64,000 nt of DNA. Source: the human T2T-CHM13v2.0 reference genome, Homo sapiens. Positions within the stretch are counted from its first letter, which is position 1, and each line of letters begins with the position of its first letter. Position numbers and translations under genes: made by a program. The notes beneath the pieces are model-generated. The model saw nothing but the letters and a program-made list of their open reading frames with translations, did not search any database and had not been told where the DNA came from. Positions 17,056 through 37,394 of this stretch are shown piece after piece. The stretch lies in assembly GCF_009914755.1 (NCBI RefSeq), contig NC_060941.1; one strand, written 5' to 3'.

Positions 17056-17163
<108 letters not shown>

Positions 17164-18368
17164 TAGCTAGGTTTACAGGCACCCACCACCACGCCTGGCT
17201 TATTTTTGTATTTTTATTAGAGACAGGGTTTCACCATGTTGGCCAGGCTGGTCTCCAACTCCTTACCTCAAGTGATCTGCCCGCCTCAGCCTCCCAAAGT
17301 GCTGGGATTACAGACGTGAGCCACCAAGCCCCGCCTGAAGTTTCCCATAATAAAAAATACTAAGGTTGTTTTAAGGATGAAATGTGTTCACATCTGTAAA
17401 GGGACATATCAAAATGTTTGATACACAATGTGTGGCAAATAATGTGCATGACCCTTTTCCCTTTCTCTCACTTGAACCAATTCAGAACTGGTGTTCAAAG
17501 AGACTGTTTCTGTTAAACCCATTTTGTTGCACAAGAGAAGAGCCCCTTCCTTTCAACTTTCCAGTTGGAACCAAGACCAGACCTTTCAAACAAGCCACTT
17601 TCAGTAAACGCAGTAAGTGTTTAGCAGCTGTGCATATTAAAGCAAAACCATTTCATTTGTGGAATCGGGCCCTTTTCCCAGGAAACGGTGTTTCCATTTC
17701 ACAACCTAACAGAACAGGAAGAGTGTAAACTCTTGTTCAGTTACAGATTCCTTGTGCTTCACTTAGATTTCCACATTTCTATTGTGCTCTGAGTGTGAGA
17801 GTCCAGCTGTGCGTTGGTGGAGTGACTCATTTTTCCATGGAGACGTGTATTCCTATGAATCCCAGGGGCCTCTGATTGGTATGAAAGAGCAATCAGCACA
17901 GATGTAGTCCACAGATCCATCATATGACTTAAGAGAGATGATTTAAACGGTTTTTCCATGGGCTTAAATTGAAAGCGTCAACTGAGCTAGTCAGATTATT
18001 CATATGCTCCAAACCCTTTAGTGTTTACAAGTGGCTAAGAGTGGCTACTTGAGACCACAAAGGAATATTAATACAAGAGAAACAAAAGCATAATCTGTAT
18101 TCTTTGGGTGTTTAAAAATCTCAATGAGGGCCGCGCGCGGTAGGTCATGCCTGTAATCCCAGCACTTTGGGAGGCCGAGGCAGGCAGATCATTTGAGGTC
18201 AGGAGTTTGAGACCAGCCTGGGCAACATGGCGAAATCCCGTCTTTACTAAAAATACAAAAATCAGCTGGGCATGGTGGAGCGCGCCTGTAATCCCAGCTA
18301 CTCGGGAGGCCAAGGCAGGAAAAGGTTGCTTGAACCTGGGAGGCAGAGGTTGCAGTAAGCCAAGATCA

Positions 18369-18656
<288 letters not shown>

Positions 18657-20679
18657 TCACTGCACTCCAGCCTGGGCGACAGAGCGAGACTCTGTCTGAA
18701 AAAAAAAAAAAAAAATCTCATTGAGGAAATAAATGTTAAGAAGTAGAAGAAGAATTCCCAAATAAGCAAATTATATACAATACAAATGGATATAAAATAT
18801 ATCAATCAATGTTTAGCAGCTCCAGGATAAGAGTAATCAAAATTGAAGTGGCTATCTGGAAAAAAAATTCACTTTTATTTTTATTTATTTATTTTATTTT
18901 TTGAGACGGAGTTTTGCTCTTTTGCCCAGGCTGGAGTGAAGTGGCACAATCTTAGCTTAATGCAACCTCCACCTCCTGGGTTCAAGCAATTCTCCTGCCT
19001 CAGCCTCCCAAGTAGCTGGGATTATAGGCTCCTGCCACCATGCCCAGCTACTTTTTGTATTTTTAGTAGGGATAGGGTTTTGTCATGTTGGCTAGGCTGG
19101 TCTTGAACTACTGACCTCAGGTGATCTGCCCACCTCGGCCTCCCAAAGTGCTAGGATTACAGGCATGAGCCACTGCGCCAGGCCAAAAAATTCACTTTTA
19201 AAACGTTTAAATTATTTTAAATTTACAGTGGTTTTTTTTTTTTTTTTTTTTGAGATGATGTCTTGCTCTGTCGCCCAGGCTGGAGTGCAGTGATCTTGGC
19301 TCACTGCAACCTCCACCTCCCGGGTTCAAGCAATTCTCCTGCCCCAGCCTCCTGAGTAGCTGGGATTACAGGTGCATGCTGCCACATCTGGCTAATTTTT
19401 TTGTATTTTAGTAGAGATGGGGTTTCACCATGTTGCCCAGGCTGGTCGTGAACTCCTGAGCTCAGGCAATCTGCCCGCCTCGGCCTCCCAAAGTGCTGGG
19501 ATTACAGGCGTGAGCCACCGCTCCCGGCCCAGAATTGTTTTTTAAAGTACAAAAGTATTATTTCTTCATGAACTATTTGCAAGTAAGTTGACAACCTGAC
19601 AAGTTTTATCACCCCCAAATACTTTAGTGTGTATTTTCTCCAAACACACATACATAACCACATAGACAACATACATTTTGTAACCATAATACAATAATCA
19701 GTATCAGGAAATTAATCCTCAGCAGCTGATAAAATTTCACCATTTATCCCAATAATGTCTTTTATGCATAAACGATCCAATTAGACGTAATGCTTAGCAG
19801 TTACTGCATCGTTTTAGTATCCTTCAGTCAGGGAAATATTCTTTCTTTGGCTTTCATAACCTTGACACTTTTGATGATCATAGGACAATTAATCTGCAAA
19901 ATGTTGCTCAGTTTGGACTTGTCTGATGTTTCCTCATGATTAGATTTAGGAAATGTATTATCTTTAGCAGGAATAGCATGAAAGGGATGCTGTGCTCTCA
20001 TTGCATCCTGTCAGGTGGTACACAATTTTGATTTCCCCATTACTAGTGATGTTAGCCTTGATCATTAGGTTAAGGTGGTATCTGCCAGACTTTTCCAGTG
20101 TCAGGTTATCTTTTTTTTTTTGAGATGGAGTCTCCCTTTGTTGCACAGGCTAAAGTGTAGAGGCACGATCTCGGCTCACTGCAACCTCCACATCCTAGTT
20201 TCAAGTGATTCTCCCACCTCAGTCTCCCAAGTATCTGGGATTATAGGCAAGCGCCACCACCCCTGGCCAAATATATATATATGTATATGGAGAGATAGAG
20301 AGAGAGAGAGAGAGATGAGGTTTTGCTATGTTGCTTAGGCTGGTCTAGAACCTCTGGGCTCAGGCCGGGTGCTGTGGCTCAAGCCTTTAATCCCAGCATT
20401 TTGGGAGGCTGAGGTGGGCAGATCACTTAAGGCCAGGAGAGACCAGCCTGGGCAACACTGGCGAAACCCCGTCTCTACTAAAAATACAAAAACTAGCCAA
20501 GTGTGGCAGTGCACACCTGCAGTCCCAGCTACTCAGGAGGCTGAGGCAACAGAATCACTTGAGCCTGGGAGGCAAAGGTTGTAGTAAGCCTAGATGGCGC
20601 CACTGCACTCCAGCCTGGGCAACAGAGGAGACTCCATGACAAAAATAAATAAATTAATTAAATTAAATTAAAACAATAA

Positions 20680-21008
<329 letters not shown>

Positions 21009-21416
21009 TGATCTGCCCTCCTTGGCCTCCCAAAGTGCTGGGATTACAGCCACTGTGCCCAGCCCTTATTTATTTTTTTGAGACAAAGTCTCACTCTGTC
21101 GCCCAGGCTGGAATGCTGTGCCATGAACATGGCTCACTGCAGCCTCAACCTCCTGGGCTCAGCAATCCTCCCACCTCAGCCTCCCAATTAGCTAGGACTA
21201 CAAGTACATGCCACCTTACCTGACTAATTTTTTGTGTTGTTTTTTTTTTTGTAAAGACAGGATTTTTTTTTTATTTTTTTATTTTTTGTAGAGACAGGAT
21301 CTCCCAGGCTGGTCTCAAATTCCTGGGTTCAAGCAATCCTCCGGCCTTGGCCTCCCCAGCTGTTGGGATTACAAGTGTCAGCCACTATGCCCGGACTATT
21401 TAAAAAAAATTTTTTT

Positions 21417-21479
21417 GGAGAGTTTTCTGGTAAAAACTGGAAAACCTGCTAGACGGATTCTAAAAGAGCTGTAATACTT
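21417..21479 (-). pseudogene. RNU7-97P: U7 snRNA retropseudogene
   Basis: The minus strand reads AAGTATTACAGCTCTTTTAGAATCCGTCTAGCAGGTTTTCCAGTTTTTACCAGAAAACTCTCC plus a short A tail. This matches U7 (HDE-pairing 5' arm, Sm site, 3' hairpin). The U7 identity is firm; the symbol is from memory of the locus and less certain. Confidence 0.85.
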
Positions 21480-21739
21480 GATTTCTTTGACATTTTAATT
21501 TTTAGTCTGAAATTTTCATTTCCAAATTTTCAATTTCTATGCACAAAATTCTTTTTTTTTCTTTTTTTTACAGTTTTTCCTCCTCTGCTGAGGTTTCTTT
21601 TTTTTCCTTTTTTTTTCTTTTTGAGATGGAGTCCCACTCTGTCGCCCAGGCTAGAGTGCAATGGCGTGATCTCGGCTCACTACAACCTCCACCTCCCCGG
21701 TTAAAGCAATTCTCCTGCCTCAGCCTCCCGAGTAGGTAG

Positions 21740-21946
<207 letters not shown>

Positions 21947-23831
21947 TGAGTATTAAAAATTGTTGACTTGTACGCTTTAAATGGGTGAGTCGTATGGTAT
22001 ATGAATTATATCTCAATAAAGCTATTACAACAAAAGATTCAGCAGTTTTCAAAATAGAACATATATATACTTTTTTTTCCTTTTCTTTTTTTTTCTTTTG
22101 CAGAAACAGGAACTATGTGTCCCAGGCTGGTCTCAAAATCTTGAGCTCAAGTGATCTTCCTGACCCAGCCTCCCAAATCGCTGGGATTACAGGTGTGAGC
22201 CACCATGCCTGGCCTGAAAATAGAATATTTGGAAATAAAATGATAAATTCAATAAATGAAATCCCCAAGATTGGAGGAGACCCTAAACTGAATGAAAACA
22301 GAAATTAACTCATGTTACAAATGAACAACAAAACTGTACTGAAGGAGAAGTGGTATGGGAATAGCAATTATGACATTATATTGTGCATATTATAGAATTA
22401 AGCAAATGACATATAAAAGAATGTGGAAGCTAGAGTTCTCACTGTAGGAAAAAAGTAGATTTAAATATGAATTAGGGAATACAAAGGAATCTTAGATGGG
22501 TGGAACTGGTGTTAGAGGCATCAGTATAAACCCATAACTTCATATACATTTGTAGAGATAGAGCTAGAGGTTTGGCCTCTGTGTGTTGAAGGCTTAGAAG
22601 CAATAACACAATGTAACAATGAGCAGGCTTGGTACCAAGATCTTGGTTTCTAAATATTATTCCTCACAACAAAGAAACAGCTTCTTAGAGAAATGGATGA
22701 CTTCAGGGCTGGAACAAGGAAAGTATAAGCTAAGCTTAAAATATCCTATTGTGATAGAAATTAAGGAAGTCCCCTGCCACCCCCAACACCCCAGCAAAAT
22801 GATGGGAATATGTCAAAAAACACAGGAGGAAGTTCCAATTATGGCTGAGTAATTCCCATCACACCAAGTCTTCTGTAAATAAGAATGATATACTCAGAGC
22901 AAAATATTAAAGAACAAACAAAAACTACCTGAAGGCATTAGCAAACAACAGGAGGAATATACTGCACAGAGGTGGATACCTGGAAGAGAAGAGGACTGAA
23001 TGGGTTTCCTGTGTTTTTACAGCTTTTAGTCTAAGGGAAGTCCAAAGTCTGCAAAGTGAGTGGTTAAAACAAAGCTGGGGGTAGTGGTGTGCGCCTGTAG
23101 TCTCACCTACTCAGAAGGCTGATGTGTGAGGAAACCGTGAGCACAGGAGTTCAAGGCTGTAGAGCACTAAGATTGTGCCTGTGAATACCCACTGTATTCC
23201 AACCTAGGCAACACAGTAAGACCTCATCTCTTTTTTTTTTTTTTTTTTTTTTGAGACAGAGTTTCACTCTGTTGCTCAGGCTGGAGTACAGTGGCGTGAT
23301 CTCAGCTCACAGCAACCTCTGCCTTCCGGGTTCAAGTGATTCTCCTGCCTCGGTCTCTTGAGTAGCTGGGACTACAGCTATTTTTAGTAGAGACAGGGTT
23401 TCACCATGTTGCCCGGGCTGGTCTTGAACTCCTGACCTCAGGTGATCAGCCCATTTCAGCCTTCCAAAGTGCTGGGATTACAGGCATGAACCACTGTGCT
23501 CGAGATCTTATCTCTTAAAACGACGACAACAACAACAAAAACAAAACAACAAAAACCCAAACCCTGCAGTCTTACTAGCTTGAATTGTTCAGGGCAACCC
23601 CAGCAGGTGGAAATAATGGGAGGAAATCCTATCAAAATAAGAGCCACAGAGAGGGAGGCTCAAATTCTGTGCATAAACTATAGTCCCAGCTACTCGGGAG
23701 TCCCAGTACCTGTAGTCCCAGCTACTTGGGAGGTTGAGGTGGGAGGCTCGCTTAAGCCCAGAAAGTCAAGGCTGTAGTGAGCTGTGATGATGCCACTGCA
23801 CACCAGCCTGGGTGACAGAGTGAGACCCTGT

Positions 23832-23862
<31 letters not shown>

Positions 23863-24089
23863 CAGAACTTTAAAAAATCACCCTGAAAAGAAACCCCATG
23901 CCCTTTTATTATTTTTTTCACTTTTTTGACTTTATTATTTTTTCTTTAAAACAATATTTATTCTTTTTTGTTGAGACTGGGTGTCACTATGTTGCCCAGG
24001 CTAGTCTTGAACTCCTGGGCTCAAGCCATCTTCCTGCCTCAGCCTCCCAAAATGCTGAGATTACAGGTGTGAGCCACTGTGTCTGGCCC

Positions 24090-24620
24090 AGAAACCCCAT
24101 GCCCTTTAGCCATCACGTTCCATTCTCCCCATCACCCCAGCCCTAGGCATTAATAATCCACTTTTTGCCTCTATAGATTTGTCTACTCTAGACATATCAT
24201 ATAAATGCAGTCACATATGTGGTCTTTTTTGACTGACTTCTTTCACTTACTATGTTTTCAAGGTTGTTGTTGTAACATGTGTCATTACTTCATCCCTTTT
24301 TATTGCTGAATAACATCTCATTGTATGGCTATACTACACTTTCTTTATCCATTCATCCATTGTTGAACATCTGGGTTGTTTCCAATTTTGGGCTATTGTG
24401 TATAATGCTGTTATGAACATTTGTGTACACGTTTTTCTGTGGACATTTGGTTTTTATTTCTCTTAGGTGTATACCTAGGAGTGGAATTGTTGGATTATAT
24501 GGTAACTCTATGATAAGCCTTTTAAGAAATTGCCAGACTATTTTCCAAAGTAGTTGCCCCATTTTACATCTTCACCAGTAGTGAATGGGGGTTCCGATTT
24601 CTCCATATCTTCACCATGAA
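24090..24620 (-). mobile_element. L1M (L1MB-like) 3' fragment
   Basis: Antisense L1 3' sequence (ATACCTAGGAGTGGAATTGTTGGATTATATGGTAACTCTATG). Confidence 0.75.
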
Positions 24621-24839
24621 TCTTTTTAAGAAAATAGATTATTGACCAGAGGTCAGGCATTCGAGGCCAGCCGGGCCAACATGGCGAAATCCCTCCTCTA
24701 ATAAAAATACGAGTATTATTGGCTGGGCACGGTGGCTCATGCCTGTAATCCCAACACTTTGGGAGGCCGAGGCGGGTGGATCACGAGGACAGGAGATTGA
24801 GACCATCCTGGCTAACACGGTGAAACACTGTCTCTACTA

Positions 24840-25061
<222 letters not shown>

Positions 25062-25333
25062 TCAGCTACTCAGGAGGCTGAGGCAGGAGTATTGCTTGAA
25101 CCCGGGGAGGCAGAGGTTGCAGTGAGCTGAGATTGTGCCATTGCACTCCAGCCTGGGCAACAGAGCAAGACTCTGTCTCAAAAACAAAACAAAACAAAAC
25201 AGATTATTGATATATAATTCACATACCACACAATTCACTCAAAGAGTGCAATTCAATGGTTTTGGTATATCATGTTAATTTTTAAAATTGTGGTAAAATA
25301 TAAAAGTTGCCATTTTAACCATTATATATATAA

Positions 25334-25576
<243 letters not shown>

Positions 25577-25763
25577 TAGGACTCTGACGACATAATTTTC
25601 TTTCTTTCTTTCCTTTTTTTTTTTTTTTTTTTGAGGCAGAGTCTCACTCTGCTGCCATGTGAACTATGTTGGCCAGGATGACCTTCTTGATCTCTTGACC
25701 TCGTGATCCGCCCACCTTGACCTCCCAAAATGCTGGGATTACAGGCGTGAGCCACTGTGCCCG

Positions 25764-25766
<3 letters not shown>

Positions 25767-25816
<50 letters not shown>
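25767..25816. repeat. (AT)25 microsatellite
   Basis: Seen directly, between two antisense Alu segments. Confidence 0.95.
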
Positions 25817-25824
<8 letters not shown>

Positions 25825-25874
25825 TTTTGTAATATAGAGACGGAGCCTTGCTATGTTGCTCAGGCTACTCTTGA

Positions 25875-26270
<396 letters not shown>

Positions 26271-26900
26271 TAATGTACAATTCAGTGGCATTAATTACAC
26301 TGACAATGTGCATAACTATCACCACTATCTATTTCCAAAATAAAAGAGAAATTCTGTTCCCATTAAACAACAATTCTCCATTCCCTGCTTCTCCTAGCCC
26401 CTGGTAATCTGTAATCTACTTTCTGTCTCTATAAATTTGCCTAGTCTAGTCTAGTCTAGATATTTCACTTAAGTGGAATCATACAATATTTGTCCTTTTA
26501 CAATCTGCCTTATTTCACTTAGCATGTTTTCAAGTTTCATCCATGTTGTAGCATGTGTCATACTTTCATTCCTTTTTATGAAATTTAATTTTAATATTAA
26601 AGAATATTTCAGTCCAGGTGTGGTGGCTCATGCCTATAATCCCAGCACTTTGGGAGGCTGAGGTGGTCAGATTGCTTTGAGCTTAGGAGTTTGAGACCAG
26701 CCTAGGCAACATGGCCGAACCCTGTCTCTACTAAAATACAAAAATTAGCCGGCCATGATGGCGGGCGTCTGTAATCTCAAGTACTCGGGAGGCTGAGGCA
26801 GGAGAATCGCTTGACCCCGGGAGGCAGAAGGCGGAGGTTGCAGTGAGCCGAGATTGTGCCACTGCACTCCAGCCTGGGCAGCAGAGCGAGACTCTGCCTC

Positions 26901-26977
26901 AAAAAAGAAAAGAAAAGAAAGAAAGAAAGGGGAGAGAGGGAGAGGGAGAGAGGGAGAGAGGGAGAGAGGGAGGGAGA

Positions 26978-27015
<38 letters not shown>

Positions 27016-27017
27016 AA
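26901..27017. repeat. Polypurine (GA/GGA/GAAA) low-complexity tract grown from an Alu tail
   Basis: About 115 nt consisting only of A and G. Confidence 0.9.
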
Positions 27018-27083
27018 ATTATGTCGTCAGAGTCCTAGAAGGAGTAAGAATGTAAGACCGAAAACTTATTCAAAGAAATAATG

Positions 27084-27449
<366 letters not shown>

Positions 27450-27756
27450 TCAAGAAGCTGAGAAAACCACAAACATGATAAACTCAAAGAAATCTATACC
27501 AGGACACGTAATAATCTAACTCCTGAAAACTAATAACAAAGAAAAAATCTTGACAGCAGTAAGAGAAAAACATCTTTCTCATAAGGGAAAAACAGATTGA
27601 ACCACAATAGATTTCTCACCAGAAACTAAAAAAGGCCAGAAGAAAGTGGCACAACTTTTTTCAAATGCTAGAAGAAAAAAACTATCAAAGATGAAAGAGA
27701 AATCAACACATTTTCAGATGAAGAAAAACTAAGAGAATTTGTCATTTGTAGATCTA

Positions 27757-28137
<381 letters not shown>

Positions 28138-28161
28138 TCAAGGATGAAAAAAGAACGTGGA

Positions 28162-29633
<1,472 letters not shown>

Positions 29634-29642
29634 CTTCTCCTC

Positions 29643-31257
29643 CCTCTCCCTCTCCCTCTCCCTCTCCCCACGGTCTCACTCTCCCTCTCCCTCTCCCCAC
29701 AGTCTCCCTCTCCCTCTCTTTCCACGGTCTCCCTCTGAGGCCGAGCCGCAGCTGGACTGTACTGCTGCCATCTCGGCTCACTGCAACCTCCCTGCCTGAT
29801 TCTCCTGCCTCAGCCTGCCGAGTGCCTGGGATTGCAGGCGCGCGCCGCCACGCCTGACAGGTTTTCGTATTTTTTTGGTGGAGACGGGGTTTCGCTGTGT
29901 TGGCTGGGCTGGTCTCCAGCTCCTAACCGAGAGTGATCCGCCAGCCTCGGCCTCCCGAGGAGCCGGGATTGCAGACGGAGTCTCGTTCACTCAGTGCTCA
30001 ATGGTGCCCTGGCTGGAGTGCAGTGGCGTGATCTCGGCTCGCTACAACCTCCACCTCCCAGCCGCCTGCCTTGGCCTCCCAAAGTGCCGAGATTGCAGCC
30101 TCTGCCCGGCCGCCAACCCGTCTGGGAAGTGAGGAGCGTCTCTGCCTGGCTGCCCATTGTCTGGGATGTGAGGAGCCCCTCTGCCTGGCTGCCCAGTCTG
30201 GAAAGTGAGGAGCGTCTCTGCCCGGCCGCCATCCCATCTAGGAAGTGAGGAGCACCTCTTCCTGGCCGCCATCCCATCTAGGAAGTGAGGAGCGTCTCTG
30301 CCCAGCTGCCCATCGTCTGAGATGTGGGGAGCACCTCTGCCCCGCCGCCCCGTCTGGGATGTGAGGAGCGCCTCTGCCCGGCCGTGACCCCGTCTGGGAG
30401 GTGAGGAGCGTCTCTGCCCAGCCGCCCCGTCTGAGAAGTGAGGAGCCCCTCCACCCGGCAGCCGCCCCCTCTGAGAAGTGAGGAGCCCCCTCCACCCGGC
30501 AGCCACCCCGTCTGGGAAGTGAGGAGCGTCTCCGCCCGGCAGCCATCCCGTCTGGGAGGGAGGTGGGGGGTCAGCCCCCGCCCGGCCAGCCACCCCGTCC
30601 GGGAGGGAGGTGGGGAGTCAGACCCCACCCGGCCAGCCGCCCCATCCGGGAGGTGGGGGGCACCTCTGCCCAGCCGCCCCTACTGGGAAGTGAGGAGTCC
30701 CTCTGCCCGGCCACCACCCCGTCTGGGAGGTGTACCCAACAGCTCATTGAGAACGGGCCATGATGACAATGGCGGTTTTGTGGAATAGAAAAGGGGGAAA
30801 GGTGGGGAAAAGATTGAGAAATCGGATGGTTGCTGTGTCTGTGTAGAAAAAAGTAGACATGGGAGACTTTTCATTTTGTTCTGTACTAAGAAAAATTCTT
30901 CTGCCTTGGGATCCTGTTGATCTATGACCTTACCCCCAACCCTGTGCTCTCTGAAACATGTGCTGTGTCCACTCAGGGTTAAATGGATTAAGGGCGGTGC
31001 AAGATGTTTTTGTTAAACAGATGCTTGAAGGCAGCATGCTCATTAAGAGTCATCACCACTCCCTAATCTCAAGTACCCAGGGACACAAACACTGCGGAAG
31101 GCTGCAGGGTCCTCTGCCTAGGAAAACCAGAGACCTTTGTTCACTTGTTTATCTGCTGACCTTCCCTCCACTATTGTCCTATGACCCTGCCAAATCCCCC
31201 TCTGCAAGAAACACCCAAGAATGATCAATAAAAAAAAAAAACAACAACAACAAAAAA
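29643..31257 (+). mobile_element. Full-length SVA retrotransposon (possibly an older B/C-type subfamily)
   Basis: (CCCTCT)n head, antisense Alu-like domain, GC-rich VNTR (about 30100-30730), SINE-R, AATAAA 31227-31232, A/(AAC)n tail, and 13-bp TSD AACACTTCTCCTC (29630-29642 and 31258-31270). The subfamily call is tentative. Confidence 0.95.
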
Positions 31258-31628
31258 AACACTTCTCCTCTTGAGTTTTCTCAATTATGTTTGATGGTTG
31301 AAGCAGACTGTGTAACATTGTCCAATGTGGTTTGCAAAGTATGTTGAGGAAATATTTAAGACAATTATGTTGTAAATGGGAAAGTAAAAAGACTAAAATG
31401 GAGGTAAGAGTTTTATACTTCACTCAAGCTGATAAAAATATTGACATCAGTTGGCCAGGCACAGTGGCTCACGCCTGTAATCCCAGCACTTTGGGAGGCC
31501 GAGGCAGGTGGATCACCTGAGTTCAGGAGTTCAAGACCAGCCTGGTCAATATGGTGAAACCCTGTCTCTACTAAAAATACAAAAGTTAGCCGGGCATGGT
31601 GGCACATGCCTGCAATCCCAGCTACTCA

Positions 31629-32247
<619 letters not shown>

Positions 32248-32675
32248 TCAAACACAGAGACAACAAGAGGAACAAGCAGAAAACAAAAAATAAAACAGCA
32301 GACTTAAACCTTTTATTTATTTACATACTTATTTTTTTAGCAATGGAGTCTTGCTGCAAGAGAGCAGTGGCATGATCGTAGCTCACTACAGCTTCGGACT
32401 CCTGGGCTCAAGTAATCCTCCCACCTCAACTTCCCAAGTAGTTGGGACTACAGGTGCACATGCCACCACTCCTGGCTAGTTAAAAAAAATTTTTTTTTTT
32501 TGTAGAGATGAGGTCTTGCTATGTTGCTCAGACTGGTCTCAAACTCTTGGGCTCAAGCGATCCTTCTGCCTCAGCCTCTCAAAGTGCTGGGGTTACAGGC
32601 ATGAGCTACCACACCTCGCCTTTAAGCCTTAAGGTATCAATAATTACATTAAATGTAAACAAAGTGCACCAATTA

Positions 32676-33035
<360 letters not shown>

Positions 33036-33159
33036 CTAGGTGGGTGGATCACCTGAGATCGGGAGTTCGAGACCAGCCTGACCAACATGGTGAAACCCTG
33101 TCTCTACTAAAAATATAAAATTAGCTGGGCGTGGTGGCTCATGTCTGTAATCCAAGCTA

Positions 33160-33267
<108 letters not shown>

Positions 33268-33317
33268 TCAAAAAAATTAATTAATTAATTAATTAAAGTT
33301 AAAAAAGCAGACATTGA

Positions 33318-33530
<213 letters not shown>

Positions 33531-35429
33531 TAATTTTTGTATTTTTAGTAGAGATGGGATTTCGCCATGTTGGCTAGGCTGGTCTCAACTCCTGACCTCA
33601 GGTGATCCACCCGCCTCGGCCTCCCAAAGTGCTGAGATTACAGGCATGAGCCACCGTGCCCGGACAACAATATGCTGTTTTCAAGAATCTCATTTCAGGC
33701 CAGGTCCAGCGGATCACATCTGTAATCTCAGCACTTCAAGGGACTGAGTAGGGAGGCTCATTTGAGTCCAGGTGTTTGAGTGCAGCCTGTGCAAGATAGT
33801 GAGACATTGTCTCCACAAAGAATCAAAAGATTAGTCTGGTTTGGTGGTGTGTGACTGTGGTCCCAGCTACTCAGGAGGCTGAGGCGGGAGGACTGCTTCA
33901 GCCTGGAAGTTGAAGGCTGCAGGGAGTCATGATTGCACCATTGCACTCCAGCCTGGGCAACATAGCAAGAGAGTCTTTTTAGAAAAAAAGAAATGGGTTG
34001 GGCGCTGTGGCTCATGCCTGTAATCCCAGCACTTTGGGAGGCAGAGGCAGGCAAATCGCCTGAGGTCAGGAGTTTGAGACTAGCCTGACCAACACGGTGA
34101 AACCCTGTCTCTACTAAAAATACAAAGATTAGCCAGGTGTAGTGGTGTGCACCTGTAATCCCAGCTACTCGGGAGGTGGAGGTTATGGTGAGCCAAGATC
34201 GCAGCCCTGCACTCCAGCCTGGGTGACAGAGCAAGACCCCATATCTTAAAAGAAGAAAAGAAAATTTTACTAAGTATATACTGAATACCAGGTACCAAAA
34301 TAGGCAGTGAGAATACAATAAGTGAGATACGCAGGGTCCCTTCTCTTGGAGCTTTATGTTCTACTGAAAGTTAGATCTCTCCTTTGAACATTGAATCAAC
34401 TAGATCTTTTCTATTAGAATTTTCCGATGTATTCATTCCACGTCTCCCTTTCTTTCTCGAAGTCACTAGAAACCCAATATAGAAACATTTGCCAGATTTT
34501 CCACTTCAGAAATCTCGAACTAGTTTCTCACTTTCCTGGACAAATATTTCAGGTCTAGTGTCACAGATGTTTTTCAGCCTTGTGTCACTCAGCCCTTTCC
34601 CTCATTCCCATCCCAAGATTTCTCATGTTTTCCAAATTTCATTTCCTTAAAAAGCCTCTGCATAGCATTCTTAACTTCCACAAGTTAAGAGGCTCACTGC
34701 CTCATGTGTCTGTCACAGGAGTCATGAGGGTTGCATAAAATAAAATGTTACATGCCTTAGGCTCATTTATATCTCCTTGTCCATGCAATCATTAGCAGAG
34801 CTTCTGAGGAAGTCTCAAAATCTATTAGGTTTTTACTTTTTACCAAAAGGCCTTTAATCTTAAACACTCACAGGTTTGAAAGTAAAAGCAGAAGTATTTT
34901 AAGGAACTCACAGTGAAGTTGTAAAAGGGACTACTTCTATGGAAACAAACTGCTAATCAACAGGTCACCTAAAGGTTGTAGCAGTAGAAATGTCTCAATG
35001 AACGCTCATATCAGATTCTTGGTAGAACAGTTTTAAGAATCAGAATTCATTTTCACATAAAAAGAAAACTTTTAAAAATGGAATTCTGGTTGCAAAAAGG
35101 AAAACATAGGGCAGGTGTGGTGGCTTACGCCTGTAATCTCAGGACTTTGGGAGGCAGAGGAGGGCAAATCACTTGAGGTCAGGTGTTAGAGACCAGCCTG
35201 GCCAACATGGTGAAACCCTGTCTCTACTAAAAATACAAAAAAATTATCCGGGCGTGGTGGCAGGCCCTGTAATCCCAGCTACTCGGGAGGCTGAGGCAGG
35301 ATAAATGCCTGAACCCAGGAGGCAGAGGTTGTAGTGAGACGAGACTGCGCCACGGCACTCCAGTCTGGATGACAGAGTGAGACTCCGTCTCAAAAAAAAA
35401 AAAAAAAAGGAAGAAAAGAAAAAAAAATT

Positions 35430-36790
<1,361 letters not shown>

Positions 36791-37259
36791 GGAAGCCTGT
36801 GGAGAAGACACTGGAGCAGATACGTATTTCAAAACACCGGGCTTAACGTTAAAACTCTCCTCTAGGCCCCATCTAGGAATCTAAGTGGGATAAGCTAAGA
36901 TGAGCTAGCTGATTCTTCACTGGTGGAAATTTGGACAATTGACACGCATTCATTCAAACTAAAAATTAAAGATAAAAAACCACATTTAATAATTTCACTA
37001 CAGTGACAATTCTTGTAACATTTTGAGACTCTATCAGTTAGATCCCTACCTCTGTTCTATTCTTTTTGTGGTAGTGAAGAACTAATCTTTATAACTGTTT
37101 TTTTTTTTTTCAGACTCAGTTTTGCTCTTATTGCCCAGGTTGGAGGGCAATGGCGCGATCTTGGCCACTGCAACCACCGCCTCCTGGGTTCAAGTGGTTC
37201 TCCTGCCTTAGCCTCCTGAGTAGCTGGGATTATAGGCATGCACCACCATCCCCAGCTAA

Positions 37260-37394
<135 letters not shown>

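Noticed and set aside
17730-17760. CAGTTACAGAT resembling a Y RNA segment
   Set aside because: The match is too short, with no Y RNA termini or stem.
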